A stretch of 59,859 nt of DNA from an uncultured delta proteobacterium (GCA_963752595.1 CAVVYZ010000029.1:1-59859), one strand, 5' to 3'. Positions 1 to 10,320 are shown, counted from the first letter of the stretch. Translations and numbers: made by a program. The notes: a model not told the origin generated them from the sequence alone.

Positions 1-327
1 ATTCCCGAGCTTGAAGAATTCAAATGGGACACTGTCCTGGGATACAATGGCAGCCCATGAACTGGCAGCGAGTCTTGAACGGGCAGTTGGTTTTCTGAGG
101 AAGATCATCGACCAGCCCGAGCGCCGGGTTATCCGGAGGGAGAAGGTTCCTGCCGTAAAGAAGATCGTGCCCTTCTTTGAGGAGCATACGTACATTATCG
201 TAAAGGGAGGACGGTATACCGAGTATAATGTACCCCGTTTATCAGACAACCCCGTAAGGTGGATTAATGGGGGTAAGAAAGAGGTTTTGGTCGAAGAGGC
301 CGAGACGGATATGATAATGGGGAATGC

Positions 328-1574
328 ATGAAGAAACGAAAGAGCTACAGCAATGAGTACAAGGCGAAGATAGCGTTGGAGGCGATCAAGGGAGGAAAGA
401 CAATCAACGAGATAGCCTCCGAGTATAAAGTTCATTCCGATATGATCACGAAGTGGAAGAAGCATTTGTTGGAGAACATGGCCGCAGCCTTTGATCGCAG
501 CTCTTCAGAGAAGTCTGATGACACGGAGAAAGAGGAGCTCTACAAGCAGATTGGGAAAATCACTTAATCTGTAGCAAGCTACGGGGTATCAAAAAGTCTT
601 TTAATTTTACCCCCTCTCCTTTATCCTCTCCCGCGAGGGGGAGAGGAAGACGGCAATCCGCCTGCAAGCAACGGGGGTACTTTGAAATGAAGGTCGAGTT
701 GGACTGGTTGAAAAAAAAGTTGGTTTTGCCGGTTGAGGACAAGCGGAGAATGATCGAGCCGATGCATCCGAAGATATCGATCAGCAGGCAGTGTGAGCTT
801 ATCGGTCTGAACATATCCTTGGTACTACCGGCCTGTGGAGGAATCTCAGGCAGATTTCCTTGGGACGAGGCTCATAGACGAGCAATACACAAGAACTCCG
901 TTTTATGGAGCACGGAGAATGACAGTATGTCTGCAGGGCCAGGGAATAGATATCAATCACAAGAGGGTCACGAGGCTGATGCAGAGATGGGTATCCAGGC
1001 CGTTTATCCGAAGCCTAATCTGAGCAAGGCAGACAGTGAGCACAAGATCTATCCGTATCTTCTGAGGGGCTTGAGCATCAACAGGTCTGAGCAGGTGTGG
1101 TCGAGCGATATCACCTATATTCGCATGAGCAAAGGATTTGTGTATCTGGTAGCGATCATGGACCGGTACAGCCGGTAGGTGCTGTCGTGGTCTGTATCCA
1201 ACACGATGGATACGTATTTCTGTCTTGAGGCTCTTCATAAGGCGCTTTTGAAGGGTAAGCCCGAGATATTCAATACAGACCAGGGATCACAGTTTACGAG
1301 CAATGCATTTACAAAAGTGCTCATCGATAACGGCATCCGGATCAGCATGGACTCCCGAGGCAGGGCCTTTGACAATATCTTCATATAGAGGTTGTGGAGA
1401 TCACTGAAGTATGAGGAGGTCTATCTCAACGAATACGAGACGGTGAAAAATACCCGAGAGGGCATTTTCCGGTATTTCGGGTTCTACAACAAGGAGAGGC
1501 CTCATCAATCACTGGGTTATAAAACACCATATGAGGTGCATTATGGTCAACCGCCATTGGCTGTCAATTTTTAG
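328..1574 (+). pseudogene. IS3 transposase orfA/orfB, disrupted
   Basis: orfA HTH (KAKIALEAIKGGKTINEIASEY). orfB DDE motifs WSSDITYI, FNTDQGSQFTS and DNIFI*RLWRSLKYE. Broken by the 124-bp insertion, frameshifts and two in-frame TAG codons (1176-1178, 1386-1388). Confidence 0.9.
561..684. repeat. 124-bp non-coding palindromic (REP/MITE-like) insertion
   Basis: Flanked by AAAT direct repeats (557-560, 685-688). Removing it restores orfA as YKQIGKMKVELDWLKKK. Contains hairpins CTGTAGCAAGCTACGG and CCTCTCCCGCGAGGGGGAGAGG. Confidence 0.8.
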
Positions 1575-2059
1575 CATGTCCGGAAGTGGCGTCAAGGCCA
1601 AGCCCTACGGGTTCCCTTCGGGAAGCCTTGACCCCACTTCTTCAAGCCATGCTCACAGGGAATCATGGCCGACGACGAAGGGATGGTTGGGAAAGGAGGT
1701 GCAACATCGGATGACCTGAGTTATCACTTACCGGTTCGAAGGATCATCCACCTTATTCCGGTCACTCTTTTGTCTGGACAATGGGGTACACCTTAGAGTA
1801 TGGCCGCACGATTTTTATGACCGGAGGTCATTCCACCTTGATTCTGGATTGTATGATAGAGTGGGTCAACCCCTTTGGATAGCGAGAGGTGCAAGGTTCT
1901 ACGCAGTTTCCGCCGCTGTCGAGGCCGGCATCTCGGCACTGAAGGAAGCCTTCGGGCTTGATCGCTGCACACGGTCCGGATGGGAGGGATCCAAGCAATA
2001 TTTATGGAGCGCATTGTATCCTATAACCTGCTGGGGCTTGCCCGGATCAACCAGTCACT

Positions 2060-2240
2060 GGCGTAAAGAGAGGTGGTCGTAGAGGAATGTGTGGAGAATC
2101 CCCACCGGCAGTACTTCTGTGGCGGTATTTTCTTTGAGCATCGGTTCCCGTTCGACCCGTCGAGCATGACGAGGTGGAGAGAGAGGCTGGAAAGTGCCGG
2201 TCTCGAGGAGTTGCTTAAGAAGACGATCCGCAAGGGGCTT
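2060..2240 (+). pseudogene. IS5-family transposase fragment
   Basis: CVENPHRQYFCG..F..RFPFDPSSMTRWRER matches the WxENPYWQYFCG/DPSSMTRWR motif of IS5-type transposases. Confidence 0.7.
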
Positions 2241-2368
2241 CGAGGAGGGCACAAACAATATAATCAAAACGCTCCCAAAACAGGCTTACAGATTCAGAGA
2301 TAAAGAATTCTTCAAACTCAAAATCTATTGCTCTTCATGAATCAAAATATGCTTTATCCGGATGAACT
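2241..2368 (+). mobile_element. 3' end of an ISL3 element (transposase C-terminus plus right IR)
   Basis: Translates as EGTNNIIKTLPKQAYRFRDKEFFKLKIY..LHESKYALSG*, the typical ISL3 tail. Its end (reverse complement AGTTCATCCGGATAAAGCAT) matches the left IR GGTTCATCCGGGTTGAGCAC at 24501. Confidence 0.8.
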
Positions 2369-2660
2369 ACATTTTTGCTTAAGAAGACTCTTGCAGAAGA
2401 TACCTACTTAGCTTATTCTTGGTCACACAGTATCTTGAGATATTTGGTGATGTTGTATTTGGGTGGCAGTATCTATGGCGGGCAATGATAGCGCAGGAAA
2501 AGTTGGTAACGGCCACAACCGAACGAAGATTTTATGAGAGCAACCTCATGACGGCCAAATATTATATCGGTTCGGTGTAACCTACCATTTATGAAAGGTG
2601 GAGGCTATAAGGATGAATGATAAAACAGTGCATGAGATAACATCGGAACTTTTGATCTAG
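2369..2660 (+). pseudogene. C-terminal remnant of an acyl-CoA dehydrogenase paralogous to 22573-24369
   Basis: TFLLKK..YLA.SW..QYLEIFGDVVFGWQYLWRAMIAQ..ATTERRFYES aligns with the C-terminus of the intact gene. It begins at the ISL3 right end and contains a frameshift and a TAA at 2578-2580. Confidence 0.85.
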
Positions 2661-2662
2661 CC

Positions 2663-3280
2663 ATGAATAAATTGAAAAAGGAGCCAAACAGCATAAGTCC
2701 GCGAAGAGAACAAATAGTAGATAAGGCTAGTACTATTTTTTGGAAAAAGGGATATAGCGGTGCATCCATGAGGGATATAGCCAAAGCCTGTAAATGCAAG
2801 CCTGCTAATATCTATAACTTTTTCCATGGTAAGGAAGAAATACTATTTGAGTATCTTTATGCACAAAACATGCGCTTATTTGAAATGATAAAGCATTTTG
2901 AAAATGACCGGGATACAAAGTCCAGTGAGCAATTACGAGAGTTTATTCTTATTCATGTCAAACATGTTCTGAAATATCAAAAAACCTCCCGAACTTTGTT
3001 CGATACAGGTTTAGAAAGGCTTTCCAAAAATAATCGAGAAAAAGTAATTTTTTTACGAGATGAATATGATCGAATTCTTATTGGAATAATTCAAAGAGGA
3101 ATTGAAGCAAAGGAATTCAGTGAAATTGATCCCAAGTTGGCCGCACGATACATCGCTTCCATGATTACTCGAACGATTATCTGGTATTCACCCAAAGGAC
3201 AACTGTCAATCGATGATGTTGCTGAATTTATATTCAACTTCTCCGTCAATGGTCTGAAAAGTGTAATAAATAGTAAGTAA
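2663..3280 (+). CDS. TetR/AcrR-family transcriptional regulator (paralog of 21947-22570)
   Basis: N-terminal HTH KGYSGASMRDIAKACKCKPANIYNFF; C-terminal WYSPKG motif. Confidence 0.92.
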   Translation: MNKLKKEPNSISPRREQIVDKASTIFWKKGYSGASMRDIAKACKCKPANIYNFFHGKEEILFEYLYAQNMRLFEMIKHFENDRDTKSSEQLREFILIHVKHVLKYQKTSRTLFDTGLERLSKNNREKVIFLRDEYDRILIGIIQRGIEAKEFSEIDPKLAARYIASMITRTIIWYSPKGQLSIDDVAEFIFNFSVNGLKSVINSK

Positions 3281-4033
3281 AGTATTCCATATTAAGGAAA
3301 AGAAAAAGTATATTTTCAGTGTTCCGATCAAATCGATAAAATGGCAACGGAGGAGGATGTGGCCTGCGTTGCGCTATATCTGTAAGCGCCAATTTAACAA
3401 CACTTTGACAGAATAGATTGAAGTTGAGCCTGAAACCTTTTCGGTAAAAAATCAGAATGTTTCCGCTCCCTTGGTGGGGCAAAAATGTTCTGCCGAATAC
3501 GATGCTATCTGTCTACCTGCCGAAAACAGGGACTCGCGACATCGAAATCCATGCACCTGCTATATGAAGGCAAACGCCCTTCCTTCATGATGAAAGCTTA
3601 ATTTGTATTAGTCACGATCTGATCTGGCAGTGATTGCCAGCAAGTGGTAGTCATGGTTAACCTTTCTGAAGTTTGGCGAAAACTAAGGAAAGGAGAAGAG
3701 AACCATGACCACCGATCAAAAGCTTATCAGAAACAAATTGGGATTACTAGATCTGGCCAGTTACCTGAAGAACGTATCCGAAGCATGTCGTGTAATGGGC
3801 TATAGCAGGGACACGTTTTACCGGGTGTTCTTGGGCGTGATAAATCTTACCAAAAATGGGCACGTGAAAGTTTACCACCCGGAGAGTCTTTAGGGTTTTC
3901 ATTTTCAGGAGTGTAGAACGGTTTTCAAAGGGGTCGAGGGGGAATGTGTCCCCCTCGAAGTAGTCAGCCGCCCCGACGTGGTTTCCGAGGAGCACTTAAT
4001 GGAGTGCAGAAGCGGAAGCATGAGGGGGCGTGG

Positions 4034-5308
4034 GTGAAGAGACTGGGAGATGTGATGGACATCGTGGCGCTCAAGAGGCAGGGGTTGTCAGAGAGGCAGA
4101 TAGCGAAGAGGTTGGGGATCTCCCGGCCGACGGTGCATAAGTACCTCGATGCCCCCGAAACATGCGAGCGGGGACGGCGGCCAGTGGTGAGGGAAAGCAA
4201 GCTCGACCCCTATGAGGGCAACATCCGGGCATGGCTGAGCGAAGACCCCGAGTACAAAGCGACCTGGATATACGACCATCTCAGGCCGCTGGGGTATGCC
4301 GGGAGCTACGATCCTGTGAAGCGCAAGGTTCATGAGCTCAAGGTGGAAACGCAGCGCATTGCTTATATGCGGTTTGAGAGTGAGCCGGGCTGCCAGGCGC
4401 AGGTAGACTTCGGTGAGTTCCAGGTGGTGCGTGAAGACGGCACGGTTCTGAAGTACTACCTGTTCTCCATGATCCTGGGATATTCGAGGAAGCTCTACGG
4501 GGAGCTCATCGAGCGTTGTGACCTGCCCACCTTCCTGGATTGCCACATCCGAGCCTTTGATTCCTTCGGGGGCGTGCCCGGGGAGATTCTCTACGACCGG
4601 ATGAGGAACGTCTACATCGGCAAGGTCGGTGGCAAGGCCAGGTTCAACGCCACGCTCCAGGGCTTTGCCGTCCACTATGGATTCAAGCCGAGGGTGGCGC
4701 CAGCCTATGCCGCCTGGGTGAAGGGCAAGGTGGAGAGGCCGTATTCGTACATCCGGGAAGGGTTCTGGAGAGGGTACGGGTTCACCTGCATTGAGACTGC
4801 CAACCGGGATCTGGCCCAATGGCTGAAGATCAAGGATGAGCGAGTGCACGGCACGACCCATGAGGTGGTGCGAGTTCGGTACGAGCGCGAGCTGCCATAC
4901 CTGAAGCCCGTGCCTCTCAGGGAGTTCGATACCTCGTACCGGGTGTACCGGAAGGTGCACAAGGACTGCACGGTGCGCTTCGAGGGCAACAGCTACGTTG
5001 TTCCCCATACCCTGGTGGGCAAAGGGGTTGTGCTTCGCGTGAAGGACAAGGTCATGCGGGTGTTTGCCGACGACCGGCTTATCGTTGCCTATGTAATCCC
5101 TGAAGGCTCTGGCCACCTGGTGCAGGACAGGCGATTCTACGAGGCTCTGCGCAAGGACCGGGCGATGAATGCACGGAAGTATCATCACGCCAGACCGGCA
5201 AAGGGACGGGCGAAGCTCACCATCTCTCCGGTAAAGCCTTTATACGACATGGACGTGCAGATCAGGCCGCTCTCGGTTTATGACCATGCGGCGGGGGCTT
5301 CGCTATGA
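4034..5308 (+). CDS. istA: IS21 transposase IstA
   Basis: HTH, QAQVDFGE, YDRM and KGKVERP motifs. Likely GTG start at 4034 after GAGGGG (alternative ATG at 4055). Confidence 0.93.
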   Translation: MKRLGDVMDIVALKRQGLSERQIAKRLGISRPTVHKYLDAPETCERGRRPVVRESKLDPYEGNIRAWLSEDPEYKATWIYDHLRPLGYAGSYDPVKRKVHELKVETQRIAYMRFESEPGCQAQVDFGEFQVVREDGTVLKYYLFSMILGYSRKLYGELIERCDLPTFLDCHIRAFDSFGGVPGEILYDRMRNVYIGKVGGKARFNATLQGFAVHYGFKPRVAPAYAAWVKGKVERPYSYIREGFWRGYGFTCIETANRDLAQWLKIKDERVHGTTHEVVRVRYERELPYLKPVPLREFDTSYRVYRKVHKDCTVRFEGNSYVVPHTLVGKGVVLRVKDKVMRVFADDRLIVAYVIPEGSGHLVQDRRFYEALRKDRAMNARKYHHARPAKGRAKLTISPVKPLYDMDVQIRPLSVYDHAAGASL

Positions 5309-6081
5309 GCGATATCCTGGTGTACGAACGGATCGAAGCCAACCTCGCACGCTTAAGGCTCCCGAGGATCCGGGAGGTCCTCGACGGCACCATCCATGCT
5401 GCCGAGGAGCAGAGCAAGAGCTATCTCTCCTTCCTTGACGACCTCCTCGAAGAGGAAGTGGCCCAGAAGGAGCAGCGAAGAGTGGAGACCACGCTCAAGA
5501 TCTCGGGCCTGCCCTTCATCAAGTCCATCGACGAGTTCGACTTCACCTTCCAGCCTGGGCTCGACCGGCAGAAAGTGATGTCGCTGTTCGACCTGACCTT
5601 CATCCGGCAGAAGGGCAACGTGATCTTCTTAGGCCCTCCGGGGGTGGGAAAGACCCACCTGGCCGTGGCTTTGGCGGTGAAAGCCTGCCAGTCGGGCCTG
5701 AGCGTGTACTTCACCACCATGGAGGACCTCATCGGGAAGCTCAAGAAAGATCACGAGACGGGCCGTTCCGGCAGGGGGAGAAGCTATTACAAATCCGCTC
5801 TCGTGGTCGTTGACGAGGTGGGCTACACGCCCATCGACCGGCAGGAGTGCAATCTCTTTTACCGCTTCGTTGCCAACCGCTACGAGAAGGCCAGCACCAT
5901 CCTGACCTCCAACAAGGCGTTCACCGACTGGACTGAGCTCTTCCATGACCAGATCATCGTCACGGCGATCCTTGATCGGCTTCTGCATCACAGCGTCGTG
6001 ATCAACATCAGAGGCAACAGTTTCCGTTTACGGGGGAAAATCTCAAAGGATGGGGTCGATTCTCATGGCAGTATTGCATAA
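5305..6081 (+). CDS. istB: IS21 AAA+ helper ATPase IstB
   Basis: Walker A GPPGVGKTHLA, Walker B VVVDEVGY, AILDRLLHH; 4-bp overlap with istA. Confidence 0.95.
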   Translation: MSDILVYERIEANLARLRLPRIREVLDGTIHAAEEQSKSYLSFLDDLLEEEVAQKEQRRVETTLKISGLPFIKSIDEFDFTFQPGLDRQKVMSLFDLTFIRQKGNVIFLGPPGVGKTHLAVALAVKACQSGLSVYFTTMEDLIGKLKKDHETGRSGRGRSYYKSALVVVDEVGYTPIDRQECNLFYRFVANRYEKASTILTSNKAFTDWTELFHDQIIVTAILDRLLHHSVVINIRGNSFRLRGKISKDGVDSHGSIA

Positions 6082-6966
6082 GGGTGGTAAACTTCTCACG
6101 CCCAGAATTGGTAAACTTTTATACGCCCATTGACACCGGGTGAAGAATGCGTATGATGATGGGGTCTTTAAGCACTCAAGGAGAAGAACAAGCGCATTCC
6201 AAATCTCAGAAACCGCATTCCGGAAGATGTTGAAGCAGCAGTACTGGATATCACTCTTGAAGATCCTTCCCTGGGGCAAAAGCGAGTGAGTGATGAGTTG
6301 AGGAGACGAGGAGTTTTCGTCTCCGCTGCAGGTGTTAGGTGTGTATGGCTTCGCCATGGCCTGGAACTCTTTCAGAAGCGTCTTAAGGCCTTGGAGGTTC
6401 ATGCAGCAAAGACCGGTGAAGTTCTCACCGAGGCTCAGATCAAAGCCATGGAGAGAGCCCAGGAAGAGAAGATTGCTCTGGGTGAGATTGAGACCGAGCA
6501 TGTGGGTTATCTGGGAGCTCAGGATACCTACTATGTGGGCAACATCAAAGGAGTGGGGCGCATCTACCAGCAGACCTTTATCGATACGTTTGCCTCTGTA
6601 GCCATGGCAAAGCTCTATACCAGTAAGCATCCCATCAATTCCGCTGATTTCCTCAATGACCGGGTTATCCCGTTCTTCGATGATAGGGGTATCCCCTTGT
6701 TGAGGATCCTGACGGACCGGGGCACAGAATACTGTGGGAAGCCTACGACCCATGAATACCAGCTCTTCCTTGCTCTCAATGATATCGAGCATACAAAAAC
6801 AAAAGTACGGTCTCCTCAAACGAATGGAATCTGTGAGCGGTTCCACAAAACAATCAAAAACGAGTTCTACAGCATCGCCTTCAGAAGGAAGATTTATCTC
6901 TCACTAGATGATTGTCAATGGGAAGATAAAAGTATACCAATTCTGAGAATGAAAAGTATACCACCC

Positions 6967-7743
6967 TTACCCGATCGTGCCATGAGAATCGACCCCGTCC
7001 TTTGAGATTTTTCCCCTTAAGCGGAAGCTGTTGCCTCTGATGTTGATTACGACGCTATGATGAAGCAAGCGATCAAGGATCGCCGTGACGACGACCCGGT
7101 CGTGAAAGAGCTCGGTCCAATCGGTGAATGCCTTGTTGGATGTCAGGATAGTGCTGGCCTTCTCATAGCGGTTGGCAACGAACCGGAAAAAAAGATTGCA
7201 TTCCTGCCGGTCGATGGGCGTGTAGCCGACTTCGTCAACGACCACAAGCGCCGATTTGTAATAGCTTCTCCCTCTGCCGGAGCGGCCTGTCTCGTGGTCT
7301 TTCCTGAGTTTCCCGATGAGGTCCTCCATGGTAGTGAAGTACACGCTTAATCCCGACTGGCAGGCTTTCACCGCTAAAGCTACGGCCAGATGAGTCTTGC
7401 CCACCCCAGGAGGACCCAGGAAGATCACGTTCCCCCTCTGGCGGATGAAGGTCAGGTCGAACAGCGACATGACTTTCTGCCGGTCAAGGCCAGGCTGGAA
7501 GGTGAAGTCGAACTCGTCGATGGACTTGATGAAGGGAAGCCCCGAGATCTTCAGCGTGGTTTCCACCCGGCGCTGCTCTTTCTGGGCCACTTCCTCTTCG
7601 AGCAGGTCATCGAGGAAGGAGAGATAGCTTTTCCCCTGTTCCTGGGCTGTATGAATAACGCCATCGAGAATTTCCCGAATCCGTGGGAGCCTCAACCGGG
7701 TGAGGTTGGCTTCGATCCTCTCGAATACCAGGGTATCGCTCAT
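6967..7743 (-). CDS. istB: IS21 helper ATPase IstB
   Basis: Nearly identical protein to 5305-6081; Walker A and B motifs present. Confidence 0.95.
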   Translation of the reverse strand: MSDTLVFERIEANLTRLRLPRIREILDGVIHTAQEQGKSYLSFLDDLLEEEVAQKEQRRVETTLKISGLPFIKSIDEFDFTFQPGLDRQKVMSLFDLTFIRQRGNVIFLGPPGVGKTHLAVALAVKACQSGLSVYFTTMEDLIGKLRKDHETGRSGRGRSYYKSALVVVDEVGYTPIDRQECNLFFRFVANRYEKASTILTSNKAFTDWTELFHDRVVVTAILDRLLHHSVVINIRGNSFRLRGKISKDGVDSHGTIG

Positions 7744-9014
7744 ATCGTACACCCCGCTGCATGGGCATAGGCGGACACAGGCCTGGTCTCAACATCCATA
7801 TCATACCGGGGTTTCATCGGTGAGATGGTCAGCTTTGCCCGACCCTTTGCCGGTCTGCCATGATGGTATTTCCTGGCGTTCATTGCCGGATCCTTGCGAA
7901 GGGCCTCATAGAAGCTCTTGTCCTGCACCAGGTGGCCTCTCCCTGTAGGTATCTCGTAGGTGACGATGTGCCGGTTGTCGGCAAACACTCTCATGGTCTT
8001 ATCCTTTACCCGAAGCACGATCTCTTTGCCCACAAGAGTATGGGGAACAACAAAGCTGTTGCCTTCAAAGCGTACCGTGCAGTCTTTGTGCACCTTCCGG
8101 TATACCCGGTACGAGGTGTTGAATGGACGCGTGGGCAAGGACTTCAAGTAAGGCTGCTCACGCTCGAACCGTACCCGCACCACTTCATGGGTTGTCCCAT
8201 GCACCCTCTCATCCTTGATGGCAAGCCACTCTCGCAGATCCCGGTTTGCCGTCTCAAGGCAAGTGAATCCATATCCTCTCCAGAATCCTTCCCGGATGAA
8301 GGAATACGGCCTCTCTACCTTGCCCTTTACCCAGGCGGCATAGGCAGGAGCCACCCTGAGGTTGAACCCGTAATGTATGGCAAACCCCTCAAGCGTTGCA
8401 TTGAACCTGGTCTTGCCCGCAAGCTTTCCGATGTAGACGTTCCTCATCCGGTCATAGAGGATCTCTCCGGGAACTCCTCCAAAGAAGGCAAATGCCCGGA
8501 TATGGCAATCCAGAAAGGTCGGCAGGTCACAGTGCTCGATGAACTCGGCATAGAGTTTGCGCGAGTATCCCAGAATCATGCAGAACAGATAGTACTTCTT
8601 AATCGAGCCATCATCATGCTCCACTTGAAACTCGCCGAAATCTACCTGCGCCTGGAATCCGGGCTCGCTCTCGAACCGCATATAGGCTATGCGCTGCGAT
8701 TCCTCCTTGAGCTTATGGACCTTCAGCTTCACCAGGTCATAGCTACCTGTATATCCAAGCGGTTTAAGGTGATCATAAATCCAGGTAGCCTTGTATTCGG
8801 GATCTTCATCAAGCCAGACCTTGATGTTCCCCATATAAGGGTCAAGCTTGCTCTCCCTCACAACCACTCGCCGTTCACGCTCACAGATTTCGGGGTCTTC
8901 AAGGTACTTGTGCACTGTCTTCCGGGACATCCCAAGCCGCTTGGCAATCTGCCTTTCGGATAATCCCTGCCGTTTAAGCGCCACGATGTCCATCACATCT
9001 CCCATTCTCTTCAC
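7740..9014 (-). CDS. istA: IS21 transposase IstA
   Basis: Same length and motifs as copy A with many substitutions; GTG start at 9014 inferred by analogy. Confidence 0.93.
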   Translation of the reverse strand: MKRMGDVMDIVALKRQGLSERQIAKRLGMSRKTVHKYLEDPEICERERRVVVRESKLDPYMGNIKVWLDEDPEYKATWIYDHLKPLGYTGSYDLVKLKVHKLKEESQRIAYMRFESEPGFQAQVDFGEFQVEHDDGSIKKYYLFCMILGYSRKLYAEFIEHCDLPTFLDCHIRAFAFFGGVPGEILYDRMRNVYIGKLAGKTRFNATLEGFAIHYGFNLRVAPAYAAWVKGKVERPYSFIREGFWRGYGFTCLETANRDLREWLAIKDERVHGTTHEVVRVRFEREQPYLKSLPTRPFNTSYRVYRKVHKDCTVRFEGNSFVVPHTLVGKEIVLRVKDKTMRVFADNRHIVTYEIPTGRGHLVQDKSFYEALRKDPAMNARKYHHGRPAKGRAKLTISPMKPRYDMDVETRPVSAYAHAAGCTI

Positions 9015-9540
9015 CCGAGCCCCCTCATGGTTCCGTTTCTGCACTCCATCAAGTGCTCCTCGGAAACCATGTCGGGGCGGCTGACTACTTCCCGGGGGAC
9101 ACATTCCCCCCGGCCCCTTTGAAAAACTCCTTTAATCTCCTTAAAACGAAAAACCTAAAAACCCTCTGGGTGGTATACTTTCACTTTCCCATTTTGGGTC
9201 CCTTTTATCATTCCCAGAGACAATGATCTCCAAAAGGACCTCGATTTATGGCTATACAAGTACAACAACCAGAGGACTCACCAGGGTAAACGGTGCCAGG
9301 GGAGAACACCCATGGATACTTTTAATGATAACCTTCCTCTGGCGAAAGAAAAATGGATCAGTTATATGGATGAAGGGCATGCTGATGGTTTTCTCGCTGA
9401 TGACCATCTGACAGCTCATATCTGATCAGACAACAACCCTCAGAAAGGGGGCCACCTGTCAGATCGGATTGTAGCTACTACACTTAATTATATCCTGTGC
9501 TATTCATTTCCTGTGGCACAGAATGGTGCTGAATAGTTAC

Positions 9541-10320
9541 TCATACTTTACCATATATTTTAAGAGCATTTTCTATTTGTTCTCTCGATGGTGCTTCATA
9601 GTAACCTTTTCTACTGATTTTTGTTCCCGATACATCTTTTAAAATAATCATCATTTCAGTCATTTTCATTAATGCTCCCGATACATCTAAAACAGTGGCT
9701 CCATCAATTTGAGTCATTCCTCCATTAACCATTATTAAATTTAAACAACCACATCCAGGAAGTAAAACCTCAGCCCCATTATTAACTGCTTCTTTCCCAG
9801 CCTTTTCAAATCTCTCTAGTACAGGCTTTGCATCAGTGAAGCCTTTTTCCAGTTCTGTTAACGGGAGATTAAAGCTAGTGAATTTAACTGTTCTACTGGA
9901 CAAACCATATTTATGGGGCAATTCACGATAAACTTTATTATTACTTTGTGGTACATACGAAATAACCGAAAAATACTTGCCCAGCATACTAGCAGTAAGC
10001 ATACCTGCTTCACCTAAGCTCAAAACCGGTATATCAACGATCTCCCTCAGTTCATCTAAAATCGGATCTAAGAAACATCCTATTGCAACTGCATCAAAGC
10101 CTTCCTTTTCTGCTTTTATAACACTATCAAATACATTTGAATTATTTAAAAAATCAAATGACATGAAATGAAGATCGGATGTTCCACTTTGAACACCTCT
10201 GACTGATATTTCAAATTCCGAACTAAGGATCCTGTTAGCATGTTCCATAATAGCTTTTTCATATGCAGGGAATCCTTTTATTGCGGTGCTACTTTGCCAT
10301 AATATTTTATATTTACTCAT
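9541..10320 (-). CDS. Asp/Glu/hydantoin racemase-family protein
   Basis: AEKEGFDAVAIGCFLDP and GAEVLLPGCG contain both catalytic cysteines; strong RBS. Confidence 0.85.
   Translation of the reverse strand: MSKYKILWQSSTAIKGFPAYEKAIMEHANRILSSEFEISVRGVQSGTSDLHFMSFDFLNNSNVFDSVIKAEKEGFDAVAIGCFLDPILDELREIVDIPVLSLGEAGMLTASMLGKYFSVISYVPQSNNKVYRELPHKYGLSSRTVKFTSFNLPLTELEKGFTDAKPVLERFEKAGKEAVNNGAEVLLPGCGCLNLIMVNGGMTQIDGATVLDVSGALMKMTEMMIILKDVSGTKISRKGYYEAPSREQIENALKIYGKV

Larger units (their letters stand above)
224..1795 (+). mobile_element. IS3-family insertion sequence (inactivated)
   Basis: Imperfect terminal IRs: TATAATGTACCCCGTTTATCAGACAA versus the reverse complement of the right end, TAAGGTGTACCCCATTGTCCAGACAA. 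3-bp target duplication GAG (221-223 and 1796-1798). orfA/orfB with an A8G slippery site at ~711-719. Confidence 0.9.
1..2050 (+). pseudogene. Degraded ISNCY-like transposase, interrupted by the IS3 element at 224-1795
   Basis: The ERRVIRREKVP..FEEHTYIIVKGGRYTE frame ends at 223 and resumes at 1796 as EYGRTIFMTGG..LILDC; a further piece reads EAGISALKEAFGLDRCT..GWEG. These motifs resemble ISNCY-type transposases. Internal deletion and frameshifts are present. Confidence 0.65.
3826..6135 (+). mobile_element. IS21-family element, copy A (2310 bp)
   Basis: TG...CA ends with IRs and subterminal TGGTAAACTT repeats; 5-bp target duplication CCGGG (3821-3825, 6136-6140); istA-istB. Confidence 0.95.
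6913..9222 (-). mobile_element. IS21-family element, copy B (2310 bp, diverged isoform, inverted)
   Basis: Ends TGTCAATGGG... and ...CCCAGAGACA; 5-bp target duplication ATGAT (6908-6912, 9223-9227). Confidence 0.95.
3705..9425 (+). pseudogene. IS481 transposase in three pieces (3705-3825, 6141-6912, 9228-9425)
   Basis: MTTDQKLIRNKLGLL..NVSEACRVMGYSRDTFYR | V..QDTYYVG..LTDRGTEYCG..TNGICERFHKT..SLDD | LQKDLDLWLYKYNNQRTHQG..TPM. One additional frameshift near 6165. Confidence 0.9.
3604..9482 (+). mobile_element. IS481-family element interrupted by two IS21 elements
   Basis: IRL TGTATTAGTCACGATCTGATCTGGCAG; IRR reverse complement TGTAGTAGCTACAATCCGATCTGACAG. Flanking direct repeat CTTAATT (3597-3603, 9483-9489). 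Confidence 0.9.

Noticed and set aside
3340-3385. MATEEDVACVALYL, resembling a short-chain dehydrogenase C-terminal motif
   Set aside because: Too short to support; at most a tiny gene relic.
4088-8963. Long antisense ORFs 4088-5188 (-) and 7860-8963 (+) present in both IS21 copies
   Set aside because: They are shadow frames of istA with no recognisable motifs; codon bias and shared ancestry explain their presence in both copies.
9515-9532. TGGCACAG..GTGC as a sigma54 promoter
   Set aside because: GG-to-GC spacing is 11 rather than 10 nt, and there is no downstream plus-strand gene.
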